64,000 nt of DNA, taken from the sequence record KC295538. One strand, 5' to 3'. The stretch's first letter is position 1, and every line of letters starts with the position of its first letter. Of the stretch, positions 50,003 to 60,857 are shown one piece after another. The translations under genes and the position numbers were made by a program. The notes below the pieces were generated by a model. That model was not told the origin of the DNA. It worked only from the letters and a program-made list of their open reading frames with translations, and searched no databases. Source of the stretch: Escherichia phage PBECO4.

Positions 50003-50059
50003 ACAAATCTGGACGTTCATCTTTAAACATATTAATATCCTCAGTACTGAATTATTTAG

Positions 50060-50473
<414 letters not shown>

Positions 50474-50483
50474 CTTTTTTTTT

Positions 50484-50645
<162 letters not shown>

Positions 50646-50649
<4 letters not shown>

Positions 50650-50810
50650 GTTCGTACCATTATTTCAATAAAGAACCACGGATACGCTTCATGGTTTATA
50701 AGTTTATCGTATTCTGCTGGGTCTGACATGATTTCCCAATGATACTTTCTCCAGTTACCGAAACCTGCATATCTAAAATTAATGTCATTCATCCATTCTT
50801 CATGCGTCAT
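50646..50810 (-). CDS. small protein, MTHEEW family (54 aa)
   Basis: MTHEEWMNDINFRYAGFGNW... Confidence 0.55.
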
Positions 50811-50814
50811 GGTT

Positions 50815-50916
<102 letters not shown>

Positions 50917-50920
50917 ATTT

Positions 50921-51036
<116 letters not shown>

Positions 51037-51053
51037 ATGTGATGTCCCATTAT

Positions 51054-51326
51054 TTATGATTCAGTTTGAGGATTAAATTTGATAAATTCATCTTTATGTT
51101 CATCTTCAAACGCAATATCTTCTACGTATTCAGGCCAAATCGTAGTGTCTCCTTGATAAAAGCGATAATTATCAAATACTGCACTACGCGTTCTTCCCTG
51201 TTCCCAGCCAATCGTACAGTCATGATATACATCCCCACTACTTGTACGAATACTAATGGTGTCTTGAGTTTCATAAAGAACTTCAATGCGTGTGTTACGA
51301 TTTACGTTGAATTTTTCAAAATGCAT
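51054..51326 (-). CDS. hypothetical protein (90 aa)
   Basis: Track ORF. Confidence 0.6.
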   Translation of the reverse strand: MHFEKFNVNRNTRIEVLYETQDTISIRTSSGDVYHDCTIGWEQGRTRSAVFDNYRFYQGDTTIWPEYVEDIAFEDEHKDEFIKFNPQTES

Positions 51327-51379
51327 AATATTATCCTCATCTAGAACCAGTGATAATCATTATATAATGAATTAATGAT

Positions 51380-51706
51380 TTATGCAAGTGTTTTAGATAC
51401 ACCGACACCAATAATTCCAGTGATATCGATATGGATATTGGCAAGTTGATTACTATCATATGGGTTTGTTTCTGTAATAACCAATGTTGTATCATTGACT
51501 AAAACCACAGTACCTTTTACACGATAACCATGTAGTAGTACTTGAACCTCATCTTCAGGTTTTAATGATTGAATAACTTCAAATAAAGTTGTTTCCATTT
51601 TTTGTATTCCTTGTTTAGTTTTGATTATTTGACTTTCTAAATGCCAGTTCGCATATAAACCAGGGTTTTCTGGTATCCAAAACATATGACCTGAAAAGAT
51701 TTTCAT
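51380..51706 (-). CDS. hypothetical protein (start uncertain, possibly internal ATG ~51598)
   Basis: Track ORF overlaps next gene by 92 nt. Confidence 0.5.
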   Translation of the reverse strand: MKIFSGHMFWIPENPGLYANWHLESQIIKTKQGIQKMETTLFEVIQSLKPEDEVQVLLHGYRVKGTVVLVNDTTLVITETNPYDSNQLANIHIDITGIIGVGVSKTLA

Positions 51707-51815
51707 CTCTTAATATATCATAATGTACCTGACGAATGCCATTCCCAAAGCAGTCATGTTCTTTATGCTGTTTGGACATCCATTCTTCGTGTGTCATTTT
51801 ATGTATCCAGTACAA
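51615..51815 (-). CDS. small protein, MTHEEW family
   Basis: MYWIHKMTHEEWMSKQ...FGNGIRQVHYDILRD. Confidence 0.6.
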   Translation of the reverse strand: MYWIHKMTHEEWMSKQHKEHDCFGNGIRQVHYDILRDENLFRSYVLDTRKPWFICELAFRKSNNQN

Positions 51816-52014
51816 TTAAGTGCTGCATCTCTTCTTTTGTAAAGAAAGCACTGTCATGAACAATAGAACCAGTCTTATCAACTACATAGTACAGGTTTCC
51901 ATATTGTTGAACATCAATTCCGTCAATTTCAATTCGTGGAAAATTTTGGACAATACAGTCTGCACCGAAAACCTCACCAAAAAAGTTTCCTGCTGGATTG
52001 ATAATGACTTTCAT
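51799..52014 (-). CDS. hypothetical protein (71 aa)
   Basis: Track ORF. Confidence 0.55.
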   Translation of the reverse strand: MKVIINPAGNFFGEVFGADCIVQNFPRIEIDGIDVQQYGNLYYVVDKTGSIVHDSAFFTKEEMQHLIVLDT

Positions 52015-52032
52015 ATTAAATCACCTTTATTG

Positions 52033-52114
<82 letters not shown>

Positions 52115-52138
52115 GTAATAACTATTATATTTATCTTA

Positions 52139-52333
52139 CTATTTTTTGTCTCTAATAGCAAGCTCGTAGATGAACCAGTGGTTGGAATCTTCGTCCAAAA
52201 CCAATGATTCGAACGTTTTTTTATCGTTCAAAACATCATAATGGCCTTGGCGTATACCAAATCCAAAATGATCATGTTTATATTTTAGTGACTCTATCCA
52301 TTCTTCATGTGTCATTTTATGTATCCAGTTCAA
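52139..52333 (-). CDS. small protein, MTHEEW family
   Basis: MNWIHKMTHEEWIESLKYKHDHFGFGIRQGHYDVLND. Confidence 0.6.
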   Translation of the reverse strand: MNWIHKMTHEEWIESLKYKHDHFGFGIRQGHYDVLNDKKTFESLVLDEDSNHWFIYELAIRDKK

Positions 52334-52394
52334 TTAAGTGTTTCATTTATTCTTCTGTAAAGAAAGCATTGCAATGGACAATGGAAAAGGTTAT

Positions 52395-52574
52395 TATATT
52401 TTTTTGTCTCTAACCGCAAGCTCATAGATGAACCAACGATTTCCATTCTCATCTAGTACATATGATTCGAACTTATATTTGTCTCGTAAAATATCGAAAT
52501 GACCATCAATAAATCCATTTCCAAACTGGTCATAACGTTTTTTCATCATTGCCATCCATTCTTCATGTGTCATC
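52395..52574 (-). CDS. small protein, MTHEEW family (59 aa)
   Basis: MTHEEWMAMMKKRYDQFGNGFIDGHFDILRD; below track size cut-off. Confidence 0.55.
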
Positions 52575-52755
52575 TCTTAATATCCATAACGGCTATACTA
52601 AAATATGTACCAAAATCATCACAATTGATAATGTTGTTATAGTACTCAATTGGGTTACGCAATGATATATACAATTCAAGCTTAAAATAGTATATATCTG
52701 CTGCATTTATATTATAGTGTAGATTAAACCACTCATCAAATGTCTTAGGCTGCAT
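52570..52755 (-). CDS. hypothetical protein (61 aa)
   Basis: Track ORF. Confidence 0.5.
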   Translation of the reverse strand: MQPKTFDEWFNLHYNINAADIYYFKLELYISLRNPIEYYNNIINCDDFGTYFSIAVMDIKR

Positions 52756-53149
52756 TATATTTATCTTTATAAAAATCCATGATTTTAGTCAACAGTACTG
52801 CAATCGTATAATCTAAATCAGGATAAAGTAAATTGTACTGAAATTCTTCCTCAACACTATAGTTAGTGGTACAGTACTGGTAATCTTTATAACCTATTGA
52901 AAAATAATTCGGATACAATGTACAACGGAAGCGATAAGCTTCATCTGTCATATAATCATTGTATTCAACACAGAAGTATAGTGATTTTGAATTTAATTCG
53001 ATAAGCTCCACGAAACCATCTGGTAATGAATGGTTATAAATTACTGAATCTTCATTAAACCATTCATAGTATTTTTCCAAAAAATCACTAATGGATACAT
53101 CCAGACTTTGTATAGGTGGAGTTATGATAATTTGAACTTCTTTATTCAT
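52745..53149 (-). CDS. hypothetical protein, family FQ
   Basis: VEEEFQYNLLYPDLDYTIAVLL. Confidence 0.6.
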   Translation of the reverse strand: MNKEVQIIITPPIQSLDVSISDFLEKYYEWFNEDSVIYNHSLPDGFVELIELNSKSLYFCVEYNDYMTDEAYRFRCTLYPNYFSIGYKDYQYCTTNYSVEEEFQYNLLYPDLDYTIAVLLTKIMDFYKDKYNAA

Positions 53150-53649
53150 TTCGACCCCTTACTATATTTCACGTATGGGCTATCATACAGATCATAACTT
53201 TTTTGTGCACGTTCTTTTCGGCGTTCATACATGATTCTATCATACTCTTTAGCTTTCTGATTTGCTTCATTATACAATTTTAAAATTAGCAAAAATGCAT
53301 CAAGATCGGGATAGTTTGCTGGATTGATAGTACTCAGCATAAATCGTTCTTCTTCAGTTCTAGCTAAGTCAAATTCATACTTAATAGTTTTATACCCACT
53401 CCATTTATATATATGCGTTACTTTATTAGTAAGTACATTATATTCAACGAAGTCAGTACTACCATCAAGTACACGAGTAATCTTAATAGATGTACCAATG
53501 ACAATCTGCACAGAACTCATTTCTGAAGTTTTAAAGTAATAAATGTTATTACGGCGAAGATTAACTTCTCGATCTCCAATGCGAACATGCTTAATAACTT
53601 CCATTAATGGTTCTGGGACACCACGAATCGGCATGTTAGTATTCCTCAA
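53146..53649 (-). CDS. hypothetical protein, family FQ-like
   Basis: TEEERFMLSTINPANYPDLDAF. Confidence 0.6.
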   Translation of the reverse strand: MRNTNMPIRGVPEPLMEVIKHVRIGDREVNLRRNNIYYFKTSEMSSVQIVIGTSIKITRVLDGSTDFVEYNVLTNKVTHIYKWSGYKTIKYEFDLARTEEERFMLSTINPANYPDLDAFLLILKLYNEANQKAKEYDRIMYERRKERAQKSYDLYDSPYVKYSKGSK

Positions 53650-54205
53650 TAACGGTTAGGAATCTATCCCAACCAGTATAAGTGAAATGATCAAAGTATT
53701 GTTTTTCGCCACCTACCATATATACTTCAATTAAACCGTGGTCGAAATAATTTTTTGGTTTTTTAACTTCAGTTACGATTGCTTTATGTCTGAAACCATT
53801 ATAATCAGTATATGTTACAATATCGTGAATTTTGATATTATCAGGTGTATAAGTGTTGGCGTTATTATTGAGAACATGAAGATGATGGTCTACGATTTCT
53901 TTACTGGAAATTACTCCAAATATGTTACCAGAAAATACTTTATTACCATTACAGGTCAATGCCCAGCCATCACCAACTTCAATAGATTCAAATACATAAT
54001 GTGTGCAAATTTTAGATACATCTGACGTATCCCAGTAATCACCATCAAGATTGGTGAATTTATAAACAGTTTTGAGTTTTTCGCCATCAAATGAAAGCAA
54101 TGATACTCCGATAACAACCGTTCCGTCTTTAAGAATAATATTAAATTTATTATTTGTATTAAAGTATGCTTCTGACTCATATGTGTTGAATTTAATAAAG
54201 TTCAT
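53636..54205 (-). CDS. hypothetical protein (189 aa)
   Basis: Track ORF. Confidence 0.65.
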   Translation of the reverse strand: MNFIKFNTYESEAYFNTNNKFNIILKDGTVVIGVSLLSFDGEKLKTVYKFTNLDGDYWDTSDVSKICTHYVFESIEVGDGWALTCNGNKVFSGNIFGVISSKEIVDHHLHVLNNNANTYTPDNIKIHDIVTYTDYNGFRHKAIVTEVKKPKNYFDHGLIEVYMVGGEKQYFDHFTYTGWDRFLTVIEEY

Positions 54206-54252
54206 ATGTTCTCCTTAGTAAGTCATAGTATTATATCAGAGTTTCATTGCAC

Positions 54253-54645
54253 TTACCAGCATGTTTTCATAACTTCTGTGATGTAAATCATTTTATCTTT
54301 TAGTGTGTAAGGGATGCAAATTTCACCTGGGCTTAACGTTGTGTTCTTTTGAAACTCATCTTCTTCGGAATCAGCCAGGTAAAATGGGTGTGTCACAAAG
54401 GTATCATCAACTGGACGATTATGTGGTTTCATTAATGCATCATGATTGACAAAATAATAAGCATCAATATCAGGACGGAAATACAAACAATCAACCTTAA
54501 TGCACGGGTGTAACCATAAGGACAAAGAATATGTTATTTGGTTACCAATTTGTCTTGGGCCTGATGCAATTGTATTGATGTTATTTTTATCTTGTACCAT
54601 TTCATAAATGAAATCTATCATTTCGTGTAGTTCTGATTCAGTCAT
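54253..54645 (-). CDS. hypothetical protein, family FQ-like
   Basis: SEEDEFQKNTTLSPGE. Confidence 0.6.
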   Translation of the reverse strand: MTESELHEMIDFIYEMVQDKNNINTIASGPRQIGNQITYSLSLWLHPCIKVDCLYFRPDIDAYYFVNHDALMKPHNRPVDDTFVTHPFYLADSEEDEFQKNTTLSPGEICIPYTLKDKMIYITEVMKTCW

Positions 54646-54664
54646 TTTATTTCCTTAAAAAAAT

Positions 54665-54685
54665 ACCCAGTACTTGACTGGGTAT
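54665..54685 (-). terminator. hairpin ACCCAGT-ACTTG-ACTGGGT (probable terminator)
   Basis: Perfect 7-bp stem flanked by A/T runs. Confidence 0.5.
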
Positions 54686-54699
54686 TTACAAAGTAACGT

Positions 54700-54849
54700 T
54701 TAATCAGATTTCTTTTCGTAATCTGTAAAAACTGTCAGGATTGTTGCACATAGTGAATCAACTACTGATGCACGTGTGTTATCAAGGTCTTTAGCTAGTG
54801 CTTGAATCTCTTGAAGTTTTACTACTAAGTCGATTTTTTGATTACTCAT
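54700..54849 (-). CDS. possible small protein (49 aa)
   Basis: ATG with GGAGAAG SD; MSNQKIDLVVKLQEIQALAKDL...; followed by hairpin. Confidence 0.45.
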   Translation of the reverse strand: MSNQKIDLVVKLQEIQALAKDLDNTRASVVDSLCATILTVFTDYEKKSD

Positions 54850-54871
54850 TACTTCTCCTATTGGATGTTTT

Positions 54872-55162
54872 TTAGATATTAATTTTTATACCACTAAGGT
54901 CTAGAACTTTTTTATTAGATACTGTTTCTGATTCTAATTTAGTTTCTTTTACCTCAGTGTTAATATTTACGTCATCTTTGAGAATATCAGGGATAATACC
55001 ATGTTGAATATCATCGTACATAGAAACAACGGTTTCGGCACAAGATAACATTTCACGAACTTTGTACTGATAACCCTGTGGTAACTCATTGATGATTTCC
55101 ATAATATCTAGTAATTTAGTTTGGACATCAATAAGAATTTTTCTTGATTTTTCTGGTTCCAT
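54872..55162 (-). CDS. hypothetical protein (96 aa)
   Basis: Track ORF. Confidence 0.6.
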   Translation of the reverse strand: MEPEKSRKILIDVQTKLLDIMEIINELPQGYQYKVREMLSCAETVVSMYDDIQHGIIPDILKDDVNINTEVKETKLESETVSNKKVLDLSGIKINI

Positions 55163-55668
55163 TACTCCAACTCCACAACATTACTTTTTTTGGATTTAAT
55201 CACTGATGGTGGCTCATTAACGCTTGTTTGACCACGAAGTGATTTTTCCAACGCAATGATGCGTTTTAAAGTTTTTATTGATGGTCGCTTCTTCGTCAAC
55301 TCAGCTTTTGCTTCTGAATAATATTTTCTTACATATCCATAGGCATAATATTTTGAACCAATGAAAATTTCAGCAACTACTGGATTTGAGTATTGTGTAT
55401 CAATTCCATCTAGATCCGTGTCTACCGAGTAGAATGAAATATTTGTATCACATGCTGAAATTTTAGCCACCAAAAGATTTGCATCGAACTTATCTAAAAT
55501 TAGAGAAATTGTTTTTTCGGCATCAGCACTATATGGCATAGCAGACATTAAAAGTTGGAATGTCTTAAAGTACTTACTTCCACTAATCATGGTATTGAAA
55601 ATCAATCCAATGGTGATTAATGCAAGTGTACCAATACACACAAACAAAAACCAATATTCAACACTCAT
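55162..55668 (-). CDS. membrane-anchored protein (168 aa)
   Basis: N-terminal hydrophobic segment WFLFVCIGTLALITIGLIF. Confidence 0.65.
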   Translation of the reverse strand: MSVEYWFLFVCIGTLALITIGLIFNTMISGSKYFKTFQLLMSAMPYSADAEKTISLILDKFDANLLVAKISACDTNISFYSVDTDLDGIDTQYSNPVVAEIFIGSKYYAYGYVRKYYSEAKAELTKKRPSIKTLKRIIALEKSLRGQTSVNEPPSVIKSKKSNVVELE

Positions 55669-55733
55669 TTATAAATCCTCTTACTTTATATGATTAAAAT
55701 GCCCCATCAAAAATGATGAGGCGGTAAGATAAA

Positions 55734-55943
55734 TTACTTACGATTTGCTTTACGCAGTTCAGATAGTTCTTCTTGAAGACTTTTCTTCCATGCAATCAAG
55801 TGAGCAAAACGGATTGGCCTTGCACCAGTACCGTGGAATACTGCTAGAGCTTCTTCTGCTTGATGAATCTGGAATTGAATGTAGTTCACAGTGCGGTCGA
55901 AGTCGGTGATATCTAGTACTTGTGCGTTAGTTTCTTTAGCCAT
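55734..55943 (-). CDS. hypothetical protein (69 aa)
   Basis: Track ORF. Confidence 0.55.
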   Translation of the reverse strand: MAKETNAQVLDITDFDRTVNYIQFQIHQAEEALAVFHGTGARPIRFAHLIAWKKSLQEELSELRKANRK

Positions 55944-56058
55944 TTTAATACCCTTTTATTTCTTTTTTATGAAAAACCCTCATCATTGAGGAATGGTTTG
56001 CATTTTAATATCTGCCGATAACAAACATTATATCACAATATCTGTTCTTGTCCAATTT

Positions 56059-56355
56059 TTAATTATTAGAAAGAACAATTTTTGAAACTGGTAAATCTGT
56101 ATCATTTACACGTTGTTCATTATATCCATTCTGTACAAGAATGTCAATAACTTTAGACTTATCAATTGTAAATGATTCTAACATATCATATCGGTAATAA
56201 CCAATAGTCTGACTGAACTCATATTTTCCTGGCTGTTGACGACAACACGTATTTGTTTCAGCCATAATCTTATTGATTAGGTAATATGTTTCAGTACTAT
56301 CAATATTTGGAATATAGATCTTATCATCAAAATGAATTACTTCATGTTTATTCAT
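56059..56355 (-). CDS. hypothetical protein (start set at ATG 56355; track start 56418 overlaps upstream gene)
   Basis: MNKHEVIHFDDKIYIP... Confidence 0.5.
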   Translation of the reverse strand: MNKHEVIHFDDKIYIPNIDSTETYYLINKIMAETNTCCRQQPGKYEFSQTIGYYRYDMLESFTIDKSKVIDILVQNGYNEQRVNDTDLPVSKIVLSNN

Positions 56356-56617
56356 AGAGTGATTCAATCTCCGCTTTAAGAATGGAAATGATCTCTTTCT
56401 GAAGGCCAGTAATTTCACTGTTCAAAGATGATAGTCGCTTCGATAATGCCATGAATTGCTTTGCATCTTCTTTAGAACGGTCATTTCGTACTTTATCAGA
56501 ACTCCAGTTAGCATATGATTGCTCATCTTTCCTGTTAAGGATATCCCAGTCTAAACGTACTAGTTTACGTTCTTTCTTCAGTTCGCTTAAGCGAGATTTC
56601 ATTTCGTCTTTAGTCAT
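56348..56617 (-). CDS. hypothetical coiled-coil-like protein (89 aa)
   Basis: Track ORF. Confidence 0.6.
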   Translation of the reverse strand: MTKDEMKSRLSELKKERKLVRLDWDILNRKDEQSYANWSSDKVRNDRSKEDAKQFMALSKRLSSLNSEITGLQKEIISILKAEIESLYE

Positions 56618-56907
56618 TAGATTGTTCCTTTCATGAAGTCTGGAATAACGATTACGATAGGAGGATTATACTCTACATAACCATTTTTTGTCAATAGACT
56701 TTTAATATCTGAAATCACATTATCATGCTGTTCAATATCTTTATCACAAAAGATTTCTAATTCTTTCTGAAACGGTTTTTTAACCGAGATGTTTTGAGTC
56801 AGTGTTTGGATTCTCTGTAACATATCAATTGGATCTGGACTGAACTCATTACCAACATAAAGAGTACCAGATGCATCTTTTTCTAGCAAGACTTCTAAAA
56901 TTTTCAT
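56617..56907 (-). CDS. hypothetical protein (96 aa)
   Basis: Track ORF. Confidence 0.6.
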   Translation of the reverse strand: MKILEVLLEKDASGTLYVGNEFSPDPIDMLQRIQTLTQNISVKKPFQKELEIFCDKDIEQHDNVISDIKSLLTKNGYVEYNPPIVIVIPDFMKGTI

Positions 56908-57740
56908 TTCGTATCCTTCAATTTACTAAAGTTTTCTCGTGTAAATCCAGGAACTGGAAAATATACATCACAGTCAACATCAGGATTCATAATTACCATG
57001 TCATTACATATTATATCACGAATTTTACTGCCGTCCACGATTTTTTGCATTAAATCATTCCATTTTTTACGAGAAATAACGAATGTACTAATTATACATA
57101 AATCATGTCCACGTTTTGAAATATATCCTAGTACTTCATTATCGTAAACAACACGTATGGTAACTTTTCCAATTGTAACCCCTCTTACTGGATTAATACT
57201 AGTATCTTCAAAAATTAATTCTAATTTAAGTTTACCATTCGAAATAAGTGATGAAGTATATTTAGAAACCATTTTATCAATTTCTTGAGTCAAATCATCT
57301 CTACCTAGATATTCAAATACAGAATAAGTTAATTCGTCTGCACCTAGCTGTTGGATAGTTGGAAGCTGTGCAACCATATCTAAAGATACAGGTTCGATAT
57401 ATATTCTTTCAATATCAGAAGATTGTACAAATAGACAACCATCAGGTGTCGTATCTCTAACAATTTCGGCATAATATGTATAAAGATAAAAAACATTAGA
57501 CTCGGATGAGTCAGTTTCTACCCAAATCTCAGATTGTTTCATTTCATCTTTATGAAGAATTCGTTGAGTAAATCCTATGTAAAAACCAAGATATAAATCA
57601 TCATCAGTTTCAAACGGATTAAACATCAAATACGGATATTTGTCAAGGTACTCATTGAACTTACGCTGTACATCTCTATCACAATCCATGATATACTTTC
57701 GGAATTCAGAAATGATTATTTTTTCTAATGACATAATCAA
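56904..57740 (-). CDS. hypothetical protein (278 aa)
   Basis: Track ORF. Confidence 0.7.
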   Translation of the reverse strand: MIMSLEKIIISEFRKYIMDCDRDVQRKFNEYLDKYPYLMFNPFETDDDLYLGFYIGFTQRILHKDEMKQSEIWVETDSSESNVFYLYTYYAEIVRDTTPDGCLFVQSSDIERIYIEPVSLDMVAQLPTIQQLGADELTYSVFEYLGRDDLTQEIDKMVSKYTSSLISNGKLKLELIFEDTSINPVRGVTIGKVTIRVVYDNEVLGYISKRGHDLCIISTFVISRKKWNDLMQKIVDGSKIRDIICNDMVIMNPDVDCDVYFPVPGFTRENFSKLKDTK

Positions 57741-57934
57741 TCCTCAAGATGCATGTAGTACATAAACATCGCCAACCATATAAAAAACCCGAAACAACGA
57801 AGTAAAATATCAATTGTTGGATCTGTCCCACCATTAACTTGGTAAACGATTACTGGGATTGAAGAAATAGCAATAGACACTGTACATAAGATGAATGCAA
57901 CAAACACCTCAAACATAAACTTAATCGTTTCCAT
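57737..57934 (-). CDS. small integral membrane protein (65 aa)
   Basis: Two hydrophobic segments. Confidence 0.55.
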   Translation of the reverse strand: METIKFMFEVFVAFILCTVSIAISSIPVIVYQVNGGTDPTIDILLRCFGFFIWLAMFMYYMHLED

Positions 57935-58493
57935 TATTATCCTTCAATGTGTAGTGTAGTACATCTAAAAAGTTATACATTGATTCATTACGCACAACCT
58001 TGATTGTTAAATTACGACAACCCAACATACGTTTGAGGCGACGCTTCACCGCAGTTAAATCATGTGTACTATTCGTATACAGACCATTAACCTGACCTGG
58101 AACAGTTGGCACATGAAGAATGTAATCATAATTCATTAGTAAGCGTTGATTATATTTCTTTAATGCTTGCTTGTATTCTGAAATATTTTCAAAGAATGTA
58201 CAATAACGGTCGTAACGATTCATTTTATTCAAAATTGAAATACGAAAAGCGTTACCACTATTCCAATCATCTTCAGTTGGGTTTGGGTTGATATGTGCCA
58301 TGTTAGCTGTACTGTACCCACCACTTGTGAAAACTTCAGAATATCCATTCTCAAAAACATACAATGTTGCTTTGTGGCCTCTGAATTTTTTACGGTACTT
58401 TGACAGTACTTGAATGTGATTACGCTTGGACTTGTACATCTCGTAACCTTCATAATCTGAACTGAATTCACAAATTTTATCAACACCAGCCAT
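57921..58493 (-). CDS. hypothetical protein (190 aa)
   Basis: Track ORF. Confidence 0.65.
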   Translation of the reverse strand: MAGVDKICEFSSDYEGYEMYKSKRNHIQVLSKYRKKFRGHKATLYVFENGYSEVFTSGGYSTANMAHINPNPTEDDWNSGNAFRISILNKMNRYDRYCTFFENISEYKQALKKYNQRLLMNYDYILHVPTVPGQVNGLYTNSTHDLTAVKRRLKRMLGCRNLTIKVVRNESMYNFLDVLHYTLKDNNGND

Positions 58494-58693
58494 TTCGTAT
58501 ATCCTCGTTTAATTAATATAGGAGTATTATACATACTCCATTTTCATGTGTCAAGCTTTATAATACGGAAGACTTTTTACTAAAGATTCAGACGTATTAT
58601 TTTTTACCCATGTACTACCGTTGTCATTAGATACGTATCCAGTACCATTAATAAATTTACGCATAATACCAGTAAAAATATTAGTATACACCA

Positions 58694-58891
58694 TTACTCA
58701 GTATCCTTTGGTTTAGAATGTAAACCATACTTTTCATCATAACGATCATAGGTAGTACCATTAGTACTAGCTTTGATGCTTTCAGTACGATTGATTGGTT
58801 CAATCTTAACACCACGATAACCAATCTCTTCTTTAAATTGTTCCCATGATTCACGTAGACTCATTTTAGCCCCTTTTGTTATTTCATACAC
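58694..58891 (-). CDS. hypothetical protein (65 aa)
   Basis: Track ORF. Confidence 0.55.
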   Translation of the reverse strand: MYEITKGAKMSLRESWEQFKEEIGYRGVKIEPINRTESIKASTNGTTYDRYDEKYGLHSKPKDTE

Positions 58892-59022
58892 TCACGTAGG
58901 TCAATCTTTTCTACTGACCCACCGAGCACTAGATAGTGAAAATTAGAATCTTTGTTTGCCATATTCAAAAGATCTGCTTTCTGTTGAAGCGTAAAGCGTG
59001 AAGTACTGTTACGTACTGGCAT
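58879..59022 (-). CDS. possible small protein (47 aa)
   Basis: ATG with GGAG SD; MPVRNSTSRFTLQQKADLLNMANK... Confidence 0.4.
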   Translation of the reverse strand: MPVRNSTSRFTLQQKADLLNMANKDSNFHYLVLGGSVEKIDLRECMK

Positions 59023-59024
59023 AG

Positions 59025-59468
59025 TTACTCCTTAAAGTAGATATCACGAATTTGTTTAATCATCTCTAACTCTTGAAGTCCTATCATACCAAAGTCTTCT
59101 TGTATTGTCAACTGCTGAAAGTACATTTCTTCTAAATTATTGTACGGAATCTCAACAAGATTCAAAGGCTCACTTTCCACACGATAAATTGTATCTTGTA
59201 CATCATGTTTTTCGATATGAATACTAAATGTATCTTTTTGAATTCTAAATTTATAAAATGTTTGATTTGTTGTAAACAAACCAACTTTAGGATGGAATCC
59301 CATTTGAATACACAAACAATCTTCATCCTTATATTTCAAGTATATAGCTTTTGACGTTGCTAGTACTTTAGATTTTGGGAAATAAAAATCACCCATCAGC
59401 TTCTGACGTTTCCAGTCCTCATATACAACTGGATGCTTAACCTTCTTCAATTGGTGCAGTACTGTCAT
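59025..59468 (-). CDS. hypothetical protein, family FQ
   Basis: NLEEMYFQQLTIQEDFGMIGLQEL. Confidence 0.65.
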   Translation of the reverse strand: MTVLHQLKKVKHPVVYEDWKRQKLMGDFYFPKSKVLATSKAIYLKYKDEDCLCIQMGFHPKVGLFTTNQTFYKFRIQKDTFSIHIEKHDVQDTIYRVESEPLNLVEIPYNNLEEMYFQQLTIQEDFGMIGLQELEMIKQIRDIYFKE

Positions 59469-59848
59469 AGTTTTTTCCAGTCCAATGAATCGAAATCGAT
59501 TTGTTCAGGATTATCAACAGCGACAACTCGTGCATTATGAAGAGTTTCAAAGTAGCCGTTCCACGGTGTACGTACTGGAATTTTTTCATCTCCAATTTTT
59601 ACAAAGAAAGAGAATTCACATGACATTGGATCAAACCATTCTTTATGTTTGGCTTCATCGATTATTGTCGCACGTTCGTTACTATATGCATCATCGAGTT
59701 TCTTAAAGAATACCCAATGCTCTTTCAAAGACTGTAATGCTACAACTGCCTCATCCTTTGATTCCCATTGAACATCCAATGTATTGGTAACTGAATCTTC
59801 AGTTTCAGTGTCCCCTGTAGTGTAATGTACTTCAATGCTGTATTTCAT
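59465..59848 (-). CDS. hypothetical protein (127 aa)
   Basis: Track ORF. Confidence 0.65.
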   Translation of the reverse strand: MKYSIEVHYTTGDTETEDSVTNTLDVQWESKDEAVVALQSLKEHWVFFKKLDDAYSNERATIIDEAKHKEWFDPMSCEFSFFVKIGDEKIPVRTPWNGYFETLHNARVVAVDNPEQIDFDSLDWKKL

Positions 59849-60303
59849 TAATCATCGCCTTTTAGTAATTTACAAATTTCAATCATATGATAATAACATG
59901 TATTCCAAAATTGTCCATTAGTACTTCCAACATCATGCACAGTACTTTGTTGGAAAACATATTCATCGTTGAACATCATTTTAATATCATCAATGTAAAA
60001 TTCTGGTTTTGAATCATTATTGTATTCAATACTCGTTTCACCATCTGGATCAAGTGAAATTGATGATATGTCGTGAATTCCTCTCGGATTTGTTGGATAA
60101 ATTCTCAACGTAAGAGGATAGAAGTCTGGATCGGTTTCATAAGTATATTCGATTATGTAATAACCATCACCAGTAATTGATTGATATTTAAATGTAGTTT
60201 CAATTGAATTTGAGATGTTAAATCCCAGTTTCTTTATCTCATCTACATGAGATAATATTTTATGTAAAGTTCCTAAAACATGAATCAAATTATCAATTTT
60301 CAT
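59848..60303 (-). CDS. hypothetical protein, family FQ
   Basis: NDEYVFQQSTVHDVG. Confidence 0.65.
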   Translation of the reverse strand: MKIDNLIHVLGTLHKILSHVDEIKKLGFNISNSIETTFKYQSITGDGYYIIEYTYETDPDFYPLTLRIYPTNPRGIHDISSISLDPDGETSIEYNNDSKPEFYIDDIKMMFNDEYVFQQSTVHDVGSTNGQFWNTCYYHMIEICKLLKGDD

Positions 60304-60842
60304 TTACGAACCTTTGAAAAGTTTAGTTTAAAAGATTTACCAAATTCCATTGTAGCTTTACCCAGATTGTTAATATTTTCCTTTAACATTTCTTGCATCT
60401 TATTCATACTTTCAATCCAAGCTTCTTCTTCGATACGAAGAATTGGTCGCAATCGTTCCTGAATATCGATAAAACGTGTATTGAGTTCTACTAATGATTC
60501 ATATGTGAAATCTTTCATGTCGATAATAGTACTTCGTTGAAAGAATTCTTCTTCGGATAAATTACTTAAAATGATTTTATCACGACCAATAGATAATGTC
60601 AATTCATCATCTTTATTTTTTTTAATTACAATACTAACAGGTGTTTTTAATGTAATGCAAATATCATGATTATTAAATGTTTCAGTTTGGTTTGACATTC
60701 TGAATTGAAGTTTCCCAGATAAAGCATGTACTGGTGATGGTTTCTTTTTACCAGTAATAACATCTTCCCATGAATCGAGAATATTATTAATAATTTTAAC
60801 ATAAGGAATTGGCATATATGCACCTATGAAAAATCCACGCAA
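60300..60842 (-). CDS. hypothetical protein, family FQ
   Basis: SEEEFFQRSTIIDMKDFTYESL. Confidence 0.65.
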   Translation of the reverse strand: MRGFFIGAYMPIPYVKIINNILDSWEDVITGKKKPSPVHALSGKLQFRMSNQTETFNNHDICITLKTPVSIVIKKNKDDELTLSIGRDKIILSNLSEEEFFQRSTIIDMKDFTYESLVELNTRFIDIQERLRPILRIEEEAWIESMNKMQEMLKENINNLGKATMEFGKSFKLNFSKVRK

Positions 60843-60857
60843 TGCGTGGATTTGTAA